From contig CACPPK010000002.1 of assembly GCA_902635845.1 (NCBI GenBank), positions 18,713-82,712 of the forward strand: a stretch of 64,000 nt of DNA. Direction: 5' to 3'. The DNA comes from an uncultured Pelagibacteraceae bacterium (GTDB lineage: Bacteria > Pseudomonadota > Alphaproteobacteria > Pelagibacterales > Pelagibacteraceae). Below the pieces are notes generated by a model, which searched no databases, was not told where the DNA came from, and saw nothing but the letters and a program-made list of their open reading frames with translations. The number at the start of each line of letters is the position of its first letter. Position 1 is the stretch's first letter. Below are positions 19,863-29,434 of this stretch, one piece after another. A program made the translations under genes and the position numbers.

Positions 19863-20981
19863 TTATTCTTTAATCCAACCACCACCAAGCACTTTGTGGC
19901 CAAACTGGTCTTTACGATAAAAAACACATGCCTGACCAGGTGAAATGCCATCCTCAGGAATTGTTAAATTAACTTTAGCATTATTGTTATTTATAAGATC
20001 AACTTTTGCCTCTAGAAGACTTCCAGTAGATCTAACTTTAACAAATAAATTTTGATCTAAATCCTCTTTGTTAGTTAATAAATTTATTTCCTTTAAAGAA
20101 ATTATTTTTTTTCCAAGTTTTTCTTTAGGTCCAACTATTATTTCATTTTTATCTGAATTTATCTTTAATACATAAAGGGCTTCTTTATCTGAAACTTTAA
20201 TTCCTTTTCTTTGTCCAATTGTAAAATTAATAATTCCATCATGAACACCAATTACATCACCATCTAAATTTTTTATATTCCCTTTCTGAAAGGAGTCTGG
20301 TCTAAACTTTTGTATTACTGAAGCGTAATCACCATTTGGAACAAAACATATGTCCTGACTATCAGGTTTATCAGCAACGTTTAAATCTAAATTTTTTGCG
20401 ATTTCTCTAGTTTTGTCCTTTAACATTCCGCCTAATGGAAATCTTAAATAATCTAATTGCTCTCTAGTTGTATTAAATAAAAAATAACTTTGGTCTCTAT
20501 TTTCATCTATGGCTCTATACATATTTGTAGTTTTATTTTCTGTAATACTTTTTACATAATGGCCAGTAACTAATGCATCAGCTTTGAGTTCTTTTGAAAC
20601 TTCAAATAAATCTTTAAATTTAACAGTTTGATTACACTGAACACATGGAATTGGGGTTTCACCTTTTAAATAACTCTCAACAAAATTATCTATAACACCT
20701 TGCTTAAACTTGTCTTGGTAATATAAAATTTTATGCTCTATACCTAACTTATGTGCAACACGTTTAGCGTCCATTATGTCTTGACCTGAACAACATTGTT
20801 TTGATGCAGCTACTTCTTTGCCATCGTCATAAAGTTTTAGTGTTATACCAATTACATTGTAACCTTCTTTTCTCATGATGCCTGCTACAGTGGAAGAATC
20901 TACTCCACCCGACATTGCGACAACTACGGTAGTATCTGAGGGTTTTTTATCTAATCCAATAGAATTTAAATCTTTATTCAT
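19863..20981 (-). CDS. mnmA: tRNA 2-thiouridine(34) synthase
   Basis: [31 protein letters not shown] and PGQACVFY. Confidence 0.96.
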   Translation of the reverse strand: MNKDLNSIGLDKKPSDTTVVVAMSGGVDSSTVAGIMRKEGYNVIGITLKLYDDGKEVAASKQCCSGQDIMDAKRVAHKLGIEHKILYYQDKFKQGVIDNFVESYLKGETPIPCVQCNQTVKFKDLFEVSKELKADALVTGHYVKSITENKTTNMYRAIDENRDQSYFLFNTTREQLDYLRFPLGGMLKDKTREIAKNLDLNVADKPDSQDICFVPNGDYASVIQKFRPDSFQKGNIKNLDGDVIGVHDGIINFTIGQRKGIKVSDKEALYVLKINSDKNEIIVGPKEKLGKKIISLKEINLLTNKEDLDQNLFVKVRSTGSLLEAKVDLINNNNAKVNLTIPEDGISPGQACVFYRKDQFGHKVLGGGWIKE

Positions 20982-21022
20982 AAGGTGGTATTTATACTTA
21001 TTTACAATATAAGTTAAATTAA

Positions 21023-21193
21023 ATGATTTTAGATTATGAACCAGGTGACAAAGTCACTAATCCGCAAAAAAAAGAATGGGGAATTGGGCAAGTGCAATCT
21101 ATAATTAAAGATAAAGTGACAGTTAATTTTGAAAATGTTGGAAAAAAAGTAATTAACGCAAAAAACGTTGAATTAAAAAAACTAGGAAAATGA
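21023..21193 (+). CDS. DUF3553-like small protein (56 aa), not in ORF track
   Basis: [45 protein letters not shown]...; stop overlaps the cysQ start (ATGA). Confidence 0.8.
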   Translation: MILDYEPGDKVTNPQKKEWGIGQVQSIIKDKVTVNFENVGKKVINAKNVELKKLGK

Positions 21194-21960
21194 AGGTAAA
21201 CTTAAAAGAGATTGTTGAAAATTTAATTGATAATTTTTTAGAGGCTGGAGATTTGGCTATTCAATTAAGAGAAAAAGGTTTAATAAAAAAAATTAAACCA
21301 GACAACACCCCAGTGAGTAATGGTGATTTGGAAGTAAACAAATTTATATCAAAAAAAATTTCAGAAGTTACTCCTAATTTACCTATCATTTCAGAGGAGA
21401 CTTCAGAAAATAAAGATAACCTAAATTTAAAAGATTTCTGGCTGGTTGATCCTATTGATGGAACTTATGATTATATTAATAATTTAGAGGAATTTACTAT
21501 TAATGCTGGTTTGGTAATCAATAATAAACCTGTTGCAGGATTAATTAATGCTCCTGCAAAAAAAAGAATGTTTTACTCATATGAAAAAGGTAATGCTTTT
21601 GAGCTTAGCAACGGTAAAAAAACAAACTTAAGCAATTTACCTGCCAAGAAATCAGAAAATTTAAAATTTATTTCATACTCAACTAAAATAAAGCCTGAAA
21701 TTCAAAAAATTTATGATGATTTAGGAGTAAAAGAAAATACTAGAATGAAAAGTTCTTTAAAATTCTGTGTCGTTGCTGCTGGTGAATACGATGGTTATGT
21801 TGCTGAACCCAGGGCATATGAATGGGATATAGCTGCTGGTCATGCAATTTTAGAACATTCAGGTGGAACTGTAACTGATTTTCAAGGAAATGAAATTTTG
21901 TATGGTAAAAAAGATTTAAAAAATCCAAGTATAATTTTGAAAAATAAAAATATTTTATAA
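21190..21960 (+). CDS. cysQ: 3'(2'),5'-bisphosphate nucleotidase (inositol monophosphatase superfamily)
   Basis: ISEE, WLVDPIDGT, SSLKFC and EWDIAAGHA. Confidence 0.88.
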   Translation: MKVNLKEIVENLIDNFLEAGDLAIQLREKGLIKKIKPDNTPVSNGDLEVNKFISKKISEVTPNLPIISEETSENKDNLNLKDFWLVDPIDGTYDYINNLEEFTINAGLVINNKPVAGLINAPAKKRMFYSYEKGNAFELSNGKKTNLSNLPAKKSENLKFISYSTKIKPEIQKIYDDLGVKENTRMKSSLKFCVVAAGEYDGYVAEPRAYEWDIAAGHAILEHSGGTVTDFQGNEILYGKKDLKNPSIILKNKNIL

Positions 21961-22103
21961 TGGATGAACAATTAAGAATAATACTAATAATTATTGTTTC
22001 TGTTTCAATTTTTGGATTGCTAGTGTTTGTTTTCGTAAAAAATTACATACGAAATAAAATAAATCAGCTTATTAAAGAAGAAAAAGATAAAAATTCAAAG
22101 TAG
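21960..22103 (+). CDS. Small (47 aa) single-TM protein, not in ORF track
   Basis: MDEQLRIILIIIVSVSIFGLLVFVFVKNYIRNKINQLIKEEKDKNSK*; start overlaps the cysQ stop (TAATG). Confidence 0.65.
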   Translation: MDEQLRIILIIIVSVSIFGLLVFVFVKNYIRNKINQLIKEEKDKNSK

Positions 22104-22658
22104 ATTTATTATTTTTAGATATTCATCTTTTTCTATATCCATTACCTTTTTTGATGTTTCAAAATCAAATCCATTTCTTGCAAGTAGAGATATATCTTTT
22201 TTATAAAATAAAGTTCTATTATCCTCTGCTCTAGCGGGACCAATTCTTTTTTTTTTACATAATTTTATCGCTGAAAAAAAATCTTGATCAGAGTTATCTT
22301 CTTTTATTTTATTGACCGTATCCTTAATAAATGTTTGGTTAATCCCTTTTCCAATTAAATAATTTCTAATCTTATTAATTGAGTTTCCTCTTTGAATCAT
22401 ACTTTTAGCTTTACTTTCAGAATAAAATTGATCATTTATAAATCTATTTTTTTCTAGATCGGACAAAACAATATCAATCAATTTATTTACATCTTTTTTT
22501 CTTACATCAGATGCTGATAGTTTCATATATTTTTTTAATAAATAAGTTTTGAGTTGTTGTTTTGAAGGAGCATACTTTTCAACATAAGCAAAGGCAAAAT
22601 TACGCATCTCATCGACAGTTACTTGAAGCGTTTTTTTTCTATTTCTTATAGGAATCAT
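22095..22658 (-). CDS. recX: RecX family regulatory protein
   Basis: Alphaproteobacterial RecX pattern (YVEKYAPS, INDQFY, LARNGFD). Confidence 0.8.
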   Translation of the reverse strand: MIPIRNRKKTLQVTVDEMRNFAFAYVEKYAPSKQQLKTYLLKKYMKLSASDVRKKDVNKLIDIVLSDLEKNRFINDQFYSESKAKSMIQRGNSINKIRNYLIGKGINQTFIKDTVNKIKEDNSDQDFFSAIKLCKKKRIGPARAEDNRTLFYKKDISLLARNGFDFETSKKVMDIEKDEYLKIINLL

Positions 22659-22684
22659 TGTTAGATTTAATATAATATATTTAA

Positions 22685-23158
22685 ATGATTGAACAAATTT
22701 ATACTTATTTCACAATTGAGACACTCTACATGTGGATCAACCTTGGAGTTTTACCTTTTTGGTTTATCTTGATAGTGTTTCCTCAAACACATTTAAATAG
22801 AATTTTTGTAACATCAATTTTTCCTTTTTTCATATTAAGCGGTGTGTATATCTACATTTTATATAAATCTTATTTAATTGGTTACGATTTTGATGGAAAT
22901 TTCTCTCTTTACTTAGGTCTAAGCGAGTTATCTAGATTATTCGAAGATCATTTGTACATAATGCTATTTTGGACTCATTTTATAGCAATTAACTTATTCA
23001 TTGGTGGCTGGATTGTTAAAGACTCTCAAAAGTTTTCTATAAATAAAGTTTTGACAGCTGTACCATTAATTGTGACTTATTTAATTGGTCCAATAGGTTT
23101 GTTTTTATATTGGATAATAAGAATTTTTTACGCAAAAAGAATTAGTTTATATGAGTAA
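22685..23158 (+). CDS. ABA4-like/DUF4281 membrane protein
   Basis: VLPFW, WTHFIAINLFIGGWI and GPIGL motifs. Confidence 0.8.
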   Translation: MIEQIYTYFTIETLYMWINLGVLPFWFILIVFPQTHLNRIFVTSIFPFFILSGVYIYILYKSYLIGYDFDGNFSLYLGLSELSRLFEDHLYIMLFWTHFIAINLFIGGWIVKDSQKFSINKVLTAVPLIVTYLIGPIGLFLYWIIRIFYAKRISLYE

Positions 23159-23729
23159 TCATATAGATTTTTATTTCGATATAATTAGCCCCTATGCATA
23201 TATTGCACACAAAAAAATTCTTAAGCATAAAAATGTAAGTATTAATTACAAACCAATTTATTTAGGAGGTCTTCATAAGCTTGCTGGAATTGATTCTCCT
23301 GCATTTAATAAATATAAATTAAGAAATAATATAAATGATTGTAATTTAGTATCTAAAAAAAATAATATTCAATTCAAATGGAATTCTAATTTTCCAATAA
23401 ATTCTTTAAATATAATGAGAGGATATATAAGTGTTAGTCAGGATAAGCAAAACGATTACTTAAATTGTTTTTTTGACGCTTATTGGAAAGATAATCACGA
23501 CTTATCAAATATTGAGAATATTTCTAAATTAATAAGGGATTTAAATATTGATAGTGAAGAATTTTTTCAATCTATAAAAGAACAATCTGTCAAAGATCAA
23601 TTGATTAAATTAACTACTGATGCTTTTAATAAAGAAGTTTTTGGAACTCCGACTTTTATTGTCAATAATAAAGTTTTTTGGGGACAAGATAGACTTGAGT
23701 ATGCTTTAGAGGAGTTAAATAATAATTAA
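23151..23729 (+). CDS. 2-hydroxychromene-2-carboxylate isomerase/GST-kappa (DsbA-like) family
   Basis: FYFDIISPYAY, FGTPTF and FWGQDRL. Confidence 0.88.
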   Translation: MSNHIDFYFDIISPYAYIAHKKILKHKNVSINYKPIYLGGLHKLAGIDSPAFNKYKLRNNINDCNLVSKKNNIQFKWNSNFPINSLNIMRGYISVSQDKQNDYLNCFFDAYWKDNHDLSNIENISKLIRDLNIDSEEFFQSIKEQSVKDQLIKLTTDAFNKEVFGTPTFIVNNKVFWGQDRLEYALEELNNN

Positions 23730-24109
23730 ATTATTTTAAAACTACTGCTGCTCATTGCAGCAAATCCACCATCAATATGAGAAATTTTTTCATAGCCCAT
23801 TTCTTTTAATGATTTTACTGCCAAAGCAGATCTCACGCCTCCTGCACAAAATAAAATAAGCTCTTTATTTCTATCAACTTGTCCATTTTGAATGATTGGA
23901 CTATTTGGATCTAAATAAACTTCTAACATACCTCTTGGGATATGGTATGCACCTTCAACTCTACCAGTATTATCTAATTCATTTATTTCTCTGATATCAA
24001 TTAAATTACAATTATTGGCTTCAAGCAAATCATAAGCTTCATTTGCAGTAATAGTTTTTATTACCTGCATTGCTGAATTTACTAAACTTTGAATTGATTT
24101 AACTGTCAT
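23726..24109 (-). CDS. Rhodanese-like sulfurtransferase
   Basis: IDIRE, IPRGMLE, CAGGVRS active-site loop and DGGF. Confidence 0.9.
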   Translation of the reverse strand: MTVKSIQSLVNSAMQVIKTITANEAYDLLEANNCNLIDIREINELDNTGRVEGAYHIPRGMLEVYLDPNSPIIQNGQVDRNKELILFCAGGVRSALAVKSLKEMGYEKISHIDGGFAAMSSSSFKII

Positions 24110-24128
24110 AATTAATTATTTCTAACTT

Positions 24129-25157
24129 ATGAAAGTTCAAAATAAAACAAGAAAATCTAATTTTTTTAAAAAACTATTTATAAGATTTTGCAGATTTTTT
24201 GATTATGAAATTGTCGATCAAGGTGATCTTAGTTTTCCAAGAACTAATAAAAAAGGTTCAAAAAACTTATCTAATTTAGGAAAACAATCTCTAGTACTAC
24301 CAATGGGCAGAATAAAAATAAATAGACCTATTAGATCATTAGATATAATTTTAAGAACATGCACCTCTGTTAACATGCTAACACAATCAAAAAAAAGGAT
24401 ATTTAAATCACCTAAAGAAGATTATTCTTTAAAAACTTTAAAATCGCTTATTAATTCAATTAACAATAATAAAAAAATATTTAAAAACATTAAAGTTAAA
24501 CTAACTATTATCGATCATAACTCTCATTATAAAGTTATTGAAAAATTTAAAAAACTTTTAAAAAAACAATTTTTTAAAAGTGAAATTCTTAATTTAAATA
24601 TAAATTTTTATAAAAAAAAAATAAAAAAAATTAATCAACAGGGAAAAAGTGTTACAGATAATCAAATTTCAAATATGTCTAATATAAATCAATCACTTAA
24701 TATTGGAAAAAACTGTGATGATTTGGTTTATTTTGTAGAAGATGACTACTTGCATAAGAGAGATGCTATAGAGGAAATGATCCTTTCTTATGAAAGAATT
24801 TCTTCACAAATAGGTAAAGAATTAATTATGTGTCCTGCTGATTATCCATATCTTTATAATAAATTAGAAGACTCTAAAATAATTTTAGGTAATAACTGTC
24901 ATTGGAGATCTATCGAGGAGTCTTTATGTACTTTTTTAACTAGTAAAAAACTAGTTAACAAACATTTAAAAAAATTTATTAGTGCCTGTGAGTTTGAACA
25001 TTATCCTTTTGAAAAACCATTTCATGATATATATAAAAAAGAATTATGTATCAGTCCAATGCCTGCTTTGGCAGTACATTTTACTAACATTAATTCAATA
25101 TATGGTTTATCACCCTTGATAGATTATGAGAAATTATGGAAAGAAAATAAAATATGA
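24129..25157 (+). CDS. GT-A fold glycosyltransferase-like protein
   Basis: IIDHNS and YFVEDDYLH (DxD-like) motifs. Confidence 0.6.
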   Translation: MKVQNKTRKSNFFKKLFIRFCRFFDYEIVDQGDLSFPRTNKKGSKNLSNLGKQSLVLPMGRIKINRPIRSLDIILRTCTSVNMLTQSKKRIFKSPKEDYSLKTLKSLINSINNNKKIFKNIKVKLTIIDHNSHYKVIEKFKKLLKKQFFKSEILNLNINFYKKKIKKINQQGKSVTDNQISNMSNINQSLNIGKNCDDLVYFVEDDYLHKRDAIEEMILSYERISSQIGKELIMCPADYPYLYNKLEDSKIILGNNCHWRSIEESLCTFLTSKKLVNKHLKKFISACEFEHYPFEKPFHDIYKKELCISPMPALAVHFTNINSIYGLSPLIDYEKLWKENKI

Positions 25158-25627
25158 CATTAAAAATAAACTCTAAGGCACCAAATTTTGAAATTCCTGC
25201 AACTTCAGTTGGTAAATATTCATTGAAAAACTCTTTTGGAAAATATCTTGTTTTATATTTTTATCCAAAAGACGATACACCAGGATGTACTATAGAAACA
25301 AATGACTTTAACAAACTTCTATCTCAATTTAAAAAATTAGACTGTGAAATATTTGGGGTATCAAAGGATAGTTTAAAAAGTCATGACAAGTTTAAAGATA
25401 AATACAAAATTAAGTTTGATTTACTTTCTGATGAAGAATTAAAAGTTCTTAAAAGGTATAAAGTTTGGGGAAAGAAAAAATTTATGGGTCGTGAATTTAT
25501 GGGAATAATTAGAACGACTTATTTAATAGATAAAAAAGGTAAAATACTTAAGGTTTGGGATAATGTAAAAGTTAAAGACCACGCAAAAGAAGTATTAGAA
25601 ACTTTAAAAAACATTATAAAAAAATAA
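25154..25627 (+). CDS. bcp: Peroxiredoxin BCP/PrxQ
   Basis: YFYPKDDTPGCTIE motif. Confidence 0.93.
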   Translation: MTLKINSKAPNFEIPATSVGKYSLKNSFGKYLVLYFYPKDDTPGCTIETNDFNKLLSQFKKLDCEIFGVSKDSLKSHDKFKDKYKIKFDLLSDEELKVLKRYKVWGKKKFMGREFMGIIRTTYLIDKKGKILKVWDNVKVKDHAKEVLETLKNIIKK

Positions 25628-25655
25628 AAAGGCCCCATTTCTGGGGCCCTTATTT
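25625..25655. terminator. Intrinsic terminator between convergent bcp and amtB (strongest on minus strand)
   Basis: GGCCCCA-TTTC-TGGGGCC stem flanked by A- and T-tracts. Confidence 0.8.
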
Positions 25656-25756
25656 AACTAACTAGAGAGAGATTATAGTTAATTCTTTTTTTTAGTTAGA
25701 GGCTCTTCAATGAGATAACGACATGGAGATCGAAGAGCCTCTATATTGCATGCAAT
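25625..25756 (-). ncRNA. Putative structured amtB 3'-UTR RNA / sRNA
   Basis: 12-bp perfect stem (25697-25708 / 25732-25743) with a CUCC-containing loop, a second stem with a UCUCUC loop, then the terminator. Confidence 0.45.
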
Positions 25757-27057
25757 TAGTCACGTATTGCGTAAGCTATTACTCCTGTTTCTGTAACGTC
25801 AGTACCTTTGGTTTCAGCTTCTTTACTTAATCTTATTCCAAAAGTAGCTTTCATTATTGACCAGATAATATAGGACACAATAAACACAAAAATGTTAATT
25901 GAAAGCACACCAATTAATTGTGCACTAAATGAAGCATCAGAGTTTGTTAATGGCACTGCTAATGTTCCCCAAATTCCAGCAAACATGTGAGCTGGAATTG
26001 CACCTACAACATCGTCAAGTTTGAAACTGAATAACAATTTAGTTCCAAATACCACGATTAATCCACCCACAGCTCCAATAAAGATTGCTGCTAGAGGTGT
26101 TGGTGCTAATGGTTCAGCTGTTACAGCTACAAGACCACCAATTGCTCCATTTAACATTTGAACTACATCTGTCTTACCAAACATTAATCTTGTGATTATT
26201 GCAGCAGCCATAACACCACCACAGGCAGCAAGATTAGTATTGATAAATATTGCTGATACAGCAACAGCATCATCAAATGTTCCAATAGCTAGTTGAGATC
26301 CGCCATTGAATCCAAACCAACCTAACCATAAAATAAATACCCCAACTGTTACTAATGGGATTGAAGAAGCAGCAAAAGGTTTAATTGCTTTTGCCTCACC
26401 TTTACTATCAAATCTTCCATATCTAGCACCTAACAACATGATACCTGCTAAAGCAGCTGCACCTCCTGTCGAGTGTACTAATGTAGAACCAGCAAAATCA
26501 GAGAAACCTAGTTCAGCTAACCAGCCTCCACCCCATTGCCAACCCATAACGATTGGATATATTACGCCAGCTAAAAGAGCTGCAAATAAGAAAAATGGCC
26601 ATAGCTTAATTCTTTCAGCCATAGCACCTGAACAAATTGAAACTGTTGTTGCACAGAATACCATTTGGAAGAACCAGTCTGATCCATCTGCATAACCCGT
26701 GTCAACTGCACTTGCATCTGACCAAGGTGTGAATGTTCCAATATATCCTCCTTCTGGAATTCCGTATGCTAAATTGTAACCAAAAAGCCAAAACATAATT
26801 CCGGCAATTGAATAAAGACCTATATTTTTAGCACAAATTACTGATACACTTTTTGAAGTTACCATACCAGATTCTAGCATCGCAAAACCCGCTGCCATGA
26901 ACATGACAAGGAAACCACAAATTAAAAATAGAAGCGAGTTAAATATCGCTTGAACTTCTCCAGAGACAGTTGTCTCTGCCATACCTGCACTACTCATGTT
27001 TAATAAAAATATTAAACTTAGAAGTGGTGCTGATATTTTTTTTATTATTTTAGTCAT
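25756..27057 (-). CDS. amtB: Ammonium transporter (Amt family)
   Basis: DFAGSTLVH, WFGFNGGS and DDVVGAIPAH; no glnK adjacent. Confidence 0.95.
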   Translation of the reverse strand: MTKIIKKISAPLLSLIFLLNMSSAGMAETTVSGEVQAIFNSLLFLICGFLVMFMAAGFAMLESGMVTSKSVSVICAKNIGLYSIAGIMFWLFGYNLAYGIPEGGYIGTFTPWSDASAVDTGYADGSDWFFQMVFCATTVSICSGAMAERIKLWPFFLFAALLAGVIYPIVMGWQWGGGWLAELGFSDFAGSTLVHSTGGAAALAGIMLLGARYGRFDSKGEAKAIKPFAASSIPLVTVGVFILWLGWFGFNGGSQLAIGTFDDAVAVSAIFINTNLAACGGVMAAAIITRLMFGKTDVVQMLNGAIGGLVAVTAEPLAPTPLAAIFIGAVGGLIVVFGTKLLFSFKLDDVVGAIPAHMFAGIWGTLAVPLTNSDASFSAQLIGVLSINIFVFIVSYIIWSIMKATFGIRLSKEAETKGTDVTETGVIAYAIRD

Positions 27058-27085
27058 TAGACCTCCACTTGTTTAAGTGGTGTCT
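27055..27085 (-). promoter_or_regulatory. Hairpin sequestering the amtB ribosome-binding site
   Basis: Minus strand AGAC-A-CCACTT-AAAC-AAGTGG-AG-GTCT-A-ATG; the GGAGG SD lies in the 3' arm. Confidence 0.6.
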
Positions 27086-27152
27086 TATAGTTTTATTAAT
27101 TTTTAAAACTAACGCTGATTAGGAAAATTTGGTATGCATTTTTTGCATATAG

Positions 27153-27194
27153 TAACAGCCCTGAACGTGATTTTTTAAAACGTTAGGGCTGTTA
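27153..27194. other. Long inverted repeat between hup and amtB (3' stabiliser or atypical terminator)
   Basis: TAACAGCCCT(G)AACGT...ACGTTAGGGCTGTTA; no U-tract follows on the hup strand. Confidence 0.55.
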
Positions 27195-27204
27195 AAAAAA
27201 AATA

Positions 27205-27480
27205 TTATCTGTTGAATACTTCTTTTAAAGCTTTAGCTGGTAAGAATTTAACCTTTTGAGAAGCAGCGATTTGAATCTGCTCACCAGTTCGTGGGTTTCT
27301 TCCAACTCTTGCTTTTCTCTTCGCTACTTTATATGTACCAAACCCAGCAATTTTTACTGAGTCATCACCTTTTAGAGCGTCTAAAATAGTGTTGGTAATT
27401 ATATCAAAAGTACGCTCAGCATCTGCTTTGCTCAAATTTAATGAGCCAGAAAGCTTAGCAATTAGTTGTTTTTTGTTCAT
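27205..27480 (-). CDS. hup: DNA-binding protein HU
   Basis: MNKKQLI, GFGTY, RKARVGRNPRTGE and KFLPAKALK. Confidence 0.96.
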   Translation of the reverse strand: MNKKQLIAKLSGSLNLSKADAERTFDIITNTILDALKGDDSVKIAGFGTYKVAKRKARVGRNPRTGEQIQIAASQKVKFLPAKALKEVFNR

Positions 27481-27637
27481 TTTAGCTCCGGTTTTGTTGG
27501 TTAATATTTATACTTGTCATAAACGTTGATAAATCAAGCTTTTTTTTAGTGTTAGGTTTTTTAAAACACACAATATCTTGTAAAAACACTAATAAACACT
27601 GGTTTTATTGGCTTTTTTTAACTTTTAAAAATGTGAA

Positions 27638-28750
27638 TTATCTAAATAAACCTAGGTCTTTTAGATCATTGAATGTGGTGAAAAACATCAATGATAGCAA
27701 CAAAAACAAACCGATTCGAAAAAAGCCCTCTTGTGTTTTTTGTGATAATGGTCGGCCTAAAACTTTCTCAAATGCATAAAACATTAAATGCCCGCCATCT
27801 AACATTGGTATTGGAAATAGATTAATTAGTCCTAAACTTATTGAAATATATGCCATCATACTAATGAAAGCCAACACCCCAAAGGTTGCAACTTGTCCAG
27901 AAATTTTAGCGATTCTAATCGGGCCTCCTAATTGAGATGTATCAGCTTTACCTAAAATCATTCCTCCGATGTATTTAAGTGAGGAAATACTGACAAAATA
28001 AACTTCATAACCTGCATGATATAAAGCCTGAGCAGGTCCTAATTTAACATGGTTAACTTTATTATTATAAGCACCAAGCTTAATACCAACCATTCTTTTA
28101 TTAATTTTATTTCCCAATCCGTCATCACCCTCAACTATATTCGGCTTGATTTTTAAAATTAACTCATCGTAAGAACGCTTAACTTTAAAGTCTATATAAT
28201 CACCAGTAGACATTGTGATAAATTTAGAAACTTCCATAATACTTTGAACTTCATTACCATCTATTTCTAAAATTATATCCTCAGACTTTAACCCTCCTAC
28301 CATTGCTGGACTATCTTTTTGAACTTCATTTATGACTGCAGGAGTAAAATCTTTACCTATAAAAGTATAAATTAAAAAAAAAATTACTAAAGCTAATATA
28401 AAATTAGCTAAAGGACCACCAAATACTATTAAAACTCTCTGGTATAAGGGTTTTAAAATAAATAATTTTTCCCTTTCCTCTTCATTATATTTTTCTAAAA
28501 TTTCTTGATGATCAGCTTGAGAATAAACATTTCTATCTCCAAAAAATTTTACATATCCACCTAAAGGAATTGCACAAATTTTCCATCTTGTTCCAAATTT
28601 ATCGTTCCAACCAAATAATTCTTTACCAAACCCAATTGAAAAGTCAGTTACACCTACACCATATCTTCTTGCAAAAAAATAATGTCCATATTCATGAATA
28701 AAAACAACAACAAGAATTAAGATTAAAAAAGGTATAATATAACTTAGCAT
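27638..28750 (-). CDS. rseP: RIP metalloprotease RseP (M50, PDZ)
   Basis: HEYGH, PLGGYVK, GGPLAN and NLFPIPMLDGGH. Confidence 0.95.
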   Translation of the reverse strand: MLSYIIPFLILILVVVFIHEYGHYFFARRYGVGVTDFSIGFGKELFGWNDKFGTRWKICAIPLGGYVKFFGDRNVYSQADHQEILEKYNEEEREKLFILKPLYQRVLIVFGGPLANFILALVIFFLIYTFIGKDFTPAVINEVQKDSPAMVGGLKSEDIILEIDGNEVQSIMEVSKFITMSTGDYIDFKVKRSYDELILKIKPNIVEGDDGLGNKINKRMVGIKLGAYNNKVNHVKLGPAQALYHAGYEVYFVSISSLKYIGGMILGKADTSQLGGPIRIAKISGQVATFGVLAFISMMAYISISLGLINLFPIPMLDGGHLMFYAFEKVLGRPLSQKTQEGFFRIGLFLLLSLMFFTTFNDLKDLGLFR

Positions 28751-28813
28751 TCTTTATTTTATAATTTTATTTGTTATTAACAACCATCAATAAACAACTA
28801 AATTGACGCCATT

Positions 28814-29434
28814 TTAAACTGGTTGGACCAATGAAGCACTATTGTTGGTTGGTTTATTTACATCTTTTGAAACTTCATGAAAAATAAGATCAGGTATTTT
28901 ACGTTCCTTTAAAAAAGTTGATCCCTGAAGTTCTATATTTAAATATCGATTAATATCAGTTTGGTTAAGAATTACGGGCTGACGATGATGAATTTCTTTT
29001 ATATTATTTTTTGCATCTTCGGTAATTAGACAAAATTGATCTTTTTCAAAAATACCTGCTAAATAAATAGGGTTAGTATCTTTACGAGTAAAATAATGTG
29101 GGGTTTTTTCTTTTTCCTCTCTTTTCCATTCATAAAAACCATCAGCAACTGCAACACACCGATTATCTTTAATTAATTTTTTAAATGAAACTTTTTCATC
29201 AATAGTCTCAAGTCTTGCATTAATTAAAGCTTTAAAATTCTTATCTTTGGCCCAACCTGGCACTAAACCCCATTGAAGATTTTCTAAAGTGTTACCGTTT
29301 TTATATTTTTTTATTACAGGAAGTTTTTGATATGGGTGAGCATTATAGTTTTCTGTATCTTCAACCTGAATTGCAGATTTAACTAATTTACTAGTTTTAG
29401 TTACCGAGTTTTTTACTACATATCTCCCACACAT
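28814..29434 (-). CDS. SRAP (YedK/HMCES) family abasic-site protein
   Basis: MCGRY N-terminus, NARLET, GFYEW and IHHRQPVIL. Confidence 0.92.
   Translation of the reverse strand: MCGRYVVKNSVTKTSKLVKSAIQVEDTENYNAHPYQKLPVIKKYKNGNTLENLQWGLVPGWAKDKNFKALINARLETIDEKVSFKKLIKDNRCVAVADGFYEWKREEKEKTPHYFTRKDTNPIYLAGIFEKDQFCLITEDAKNNIKEIHHRQPVILNQTDINRYLNIELQGSTFLKERKIPDLIFHEVSKDVNKPTNNSASLVQPV

Noticed and set aside
27549-27779. 76-aa plus-strand ORF in the hup-rseP gap
   Set aside because: GTG start, overlaps rseP antisense, no recognisable features.
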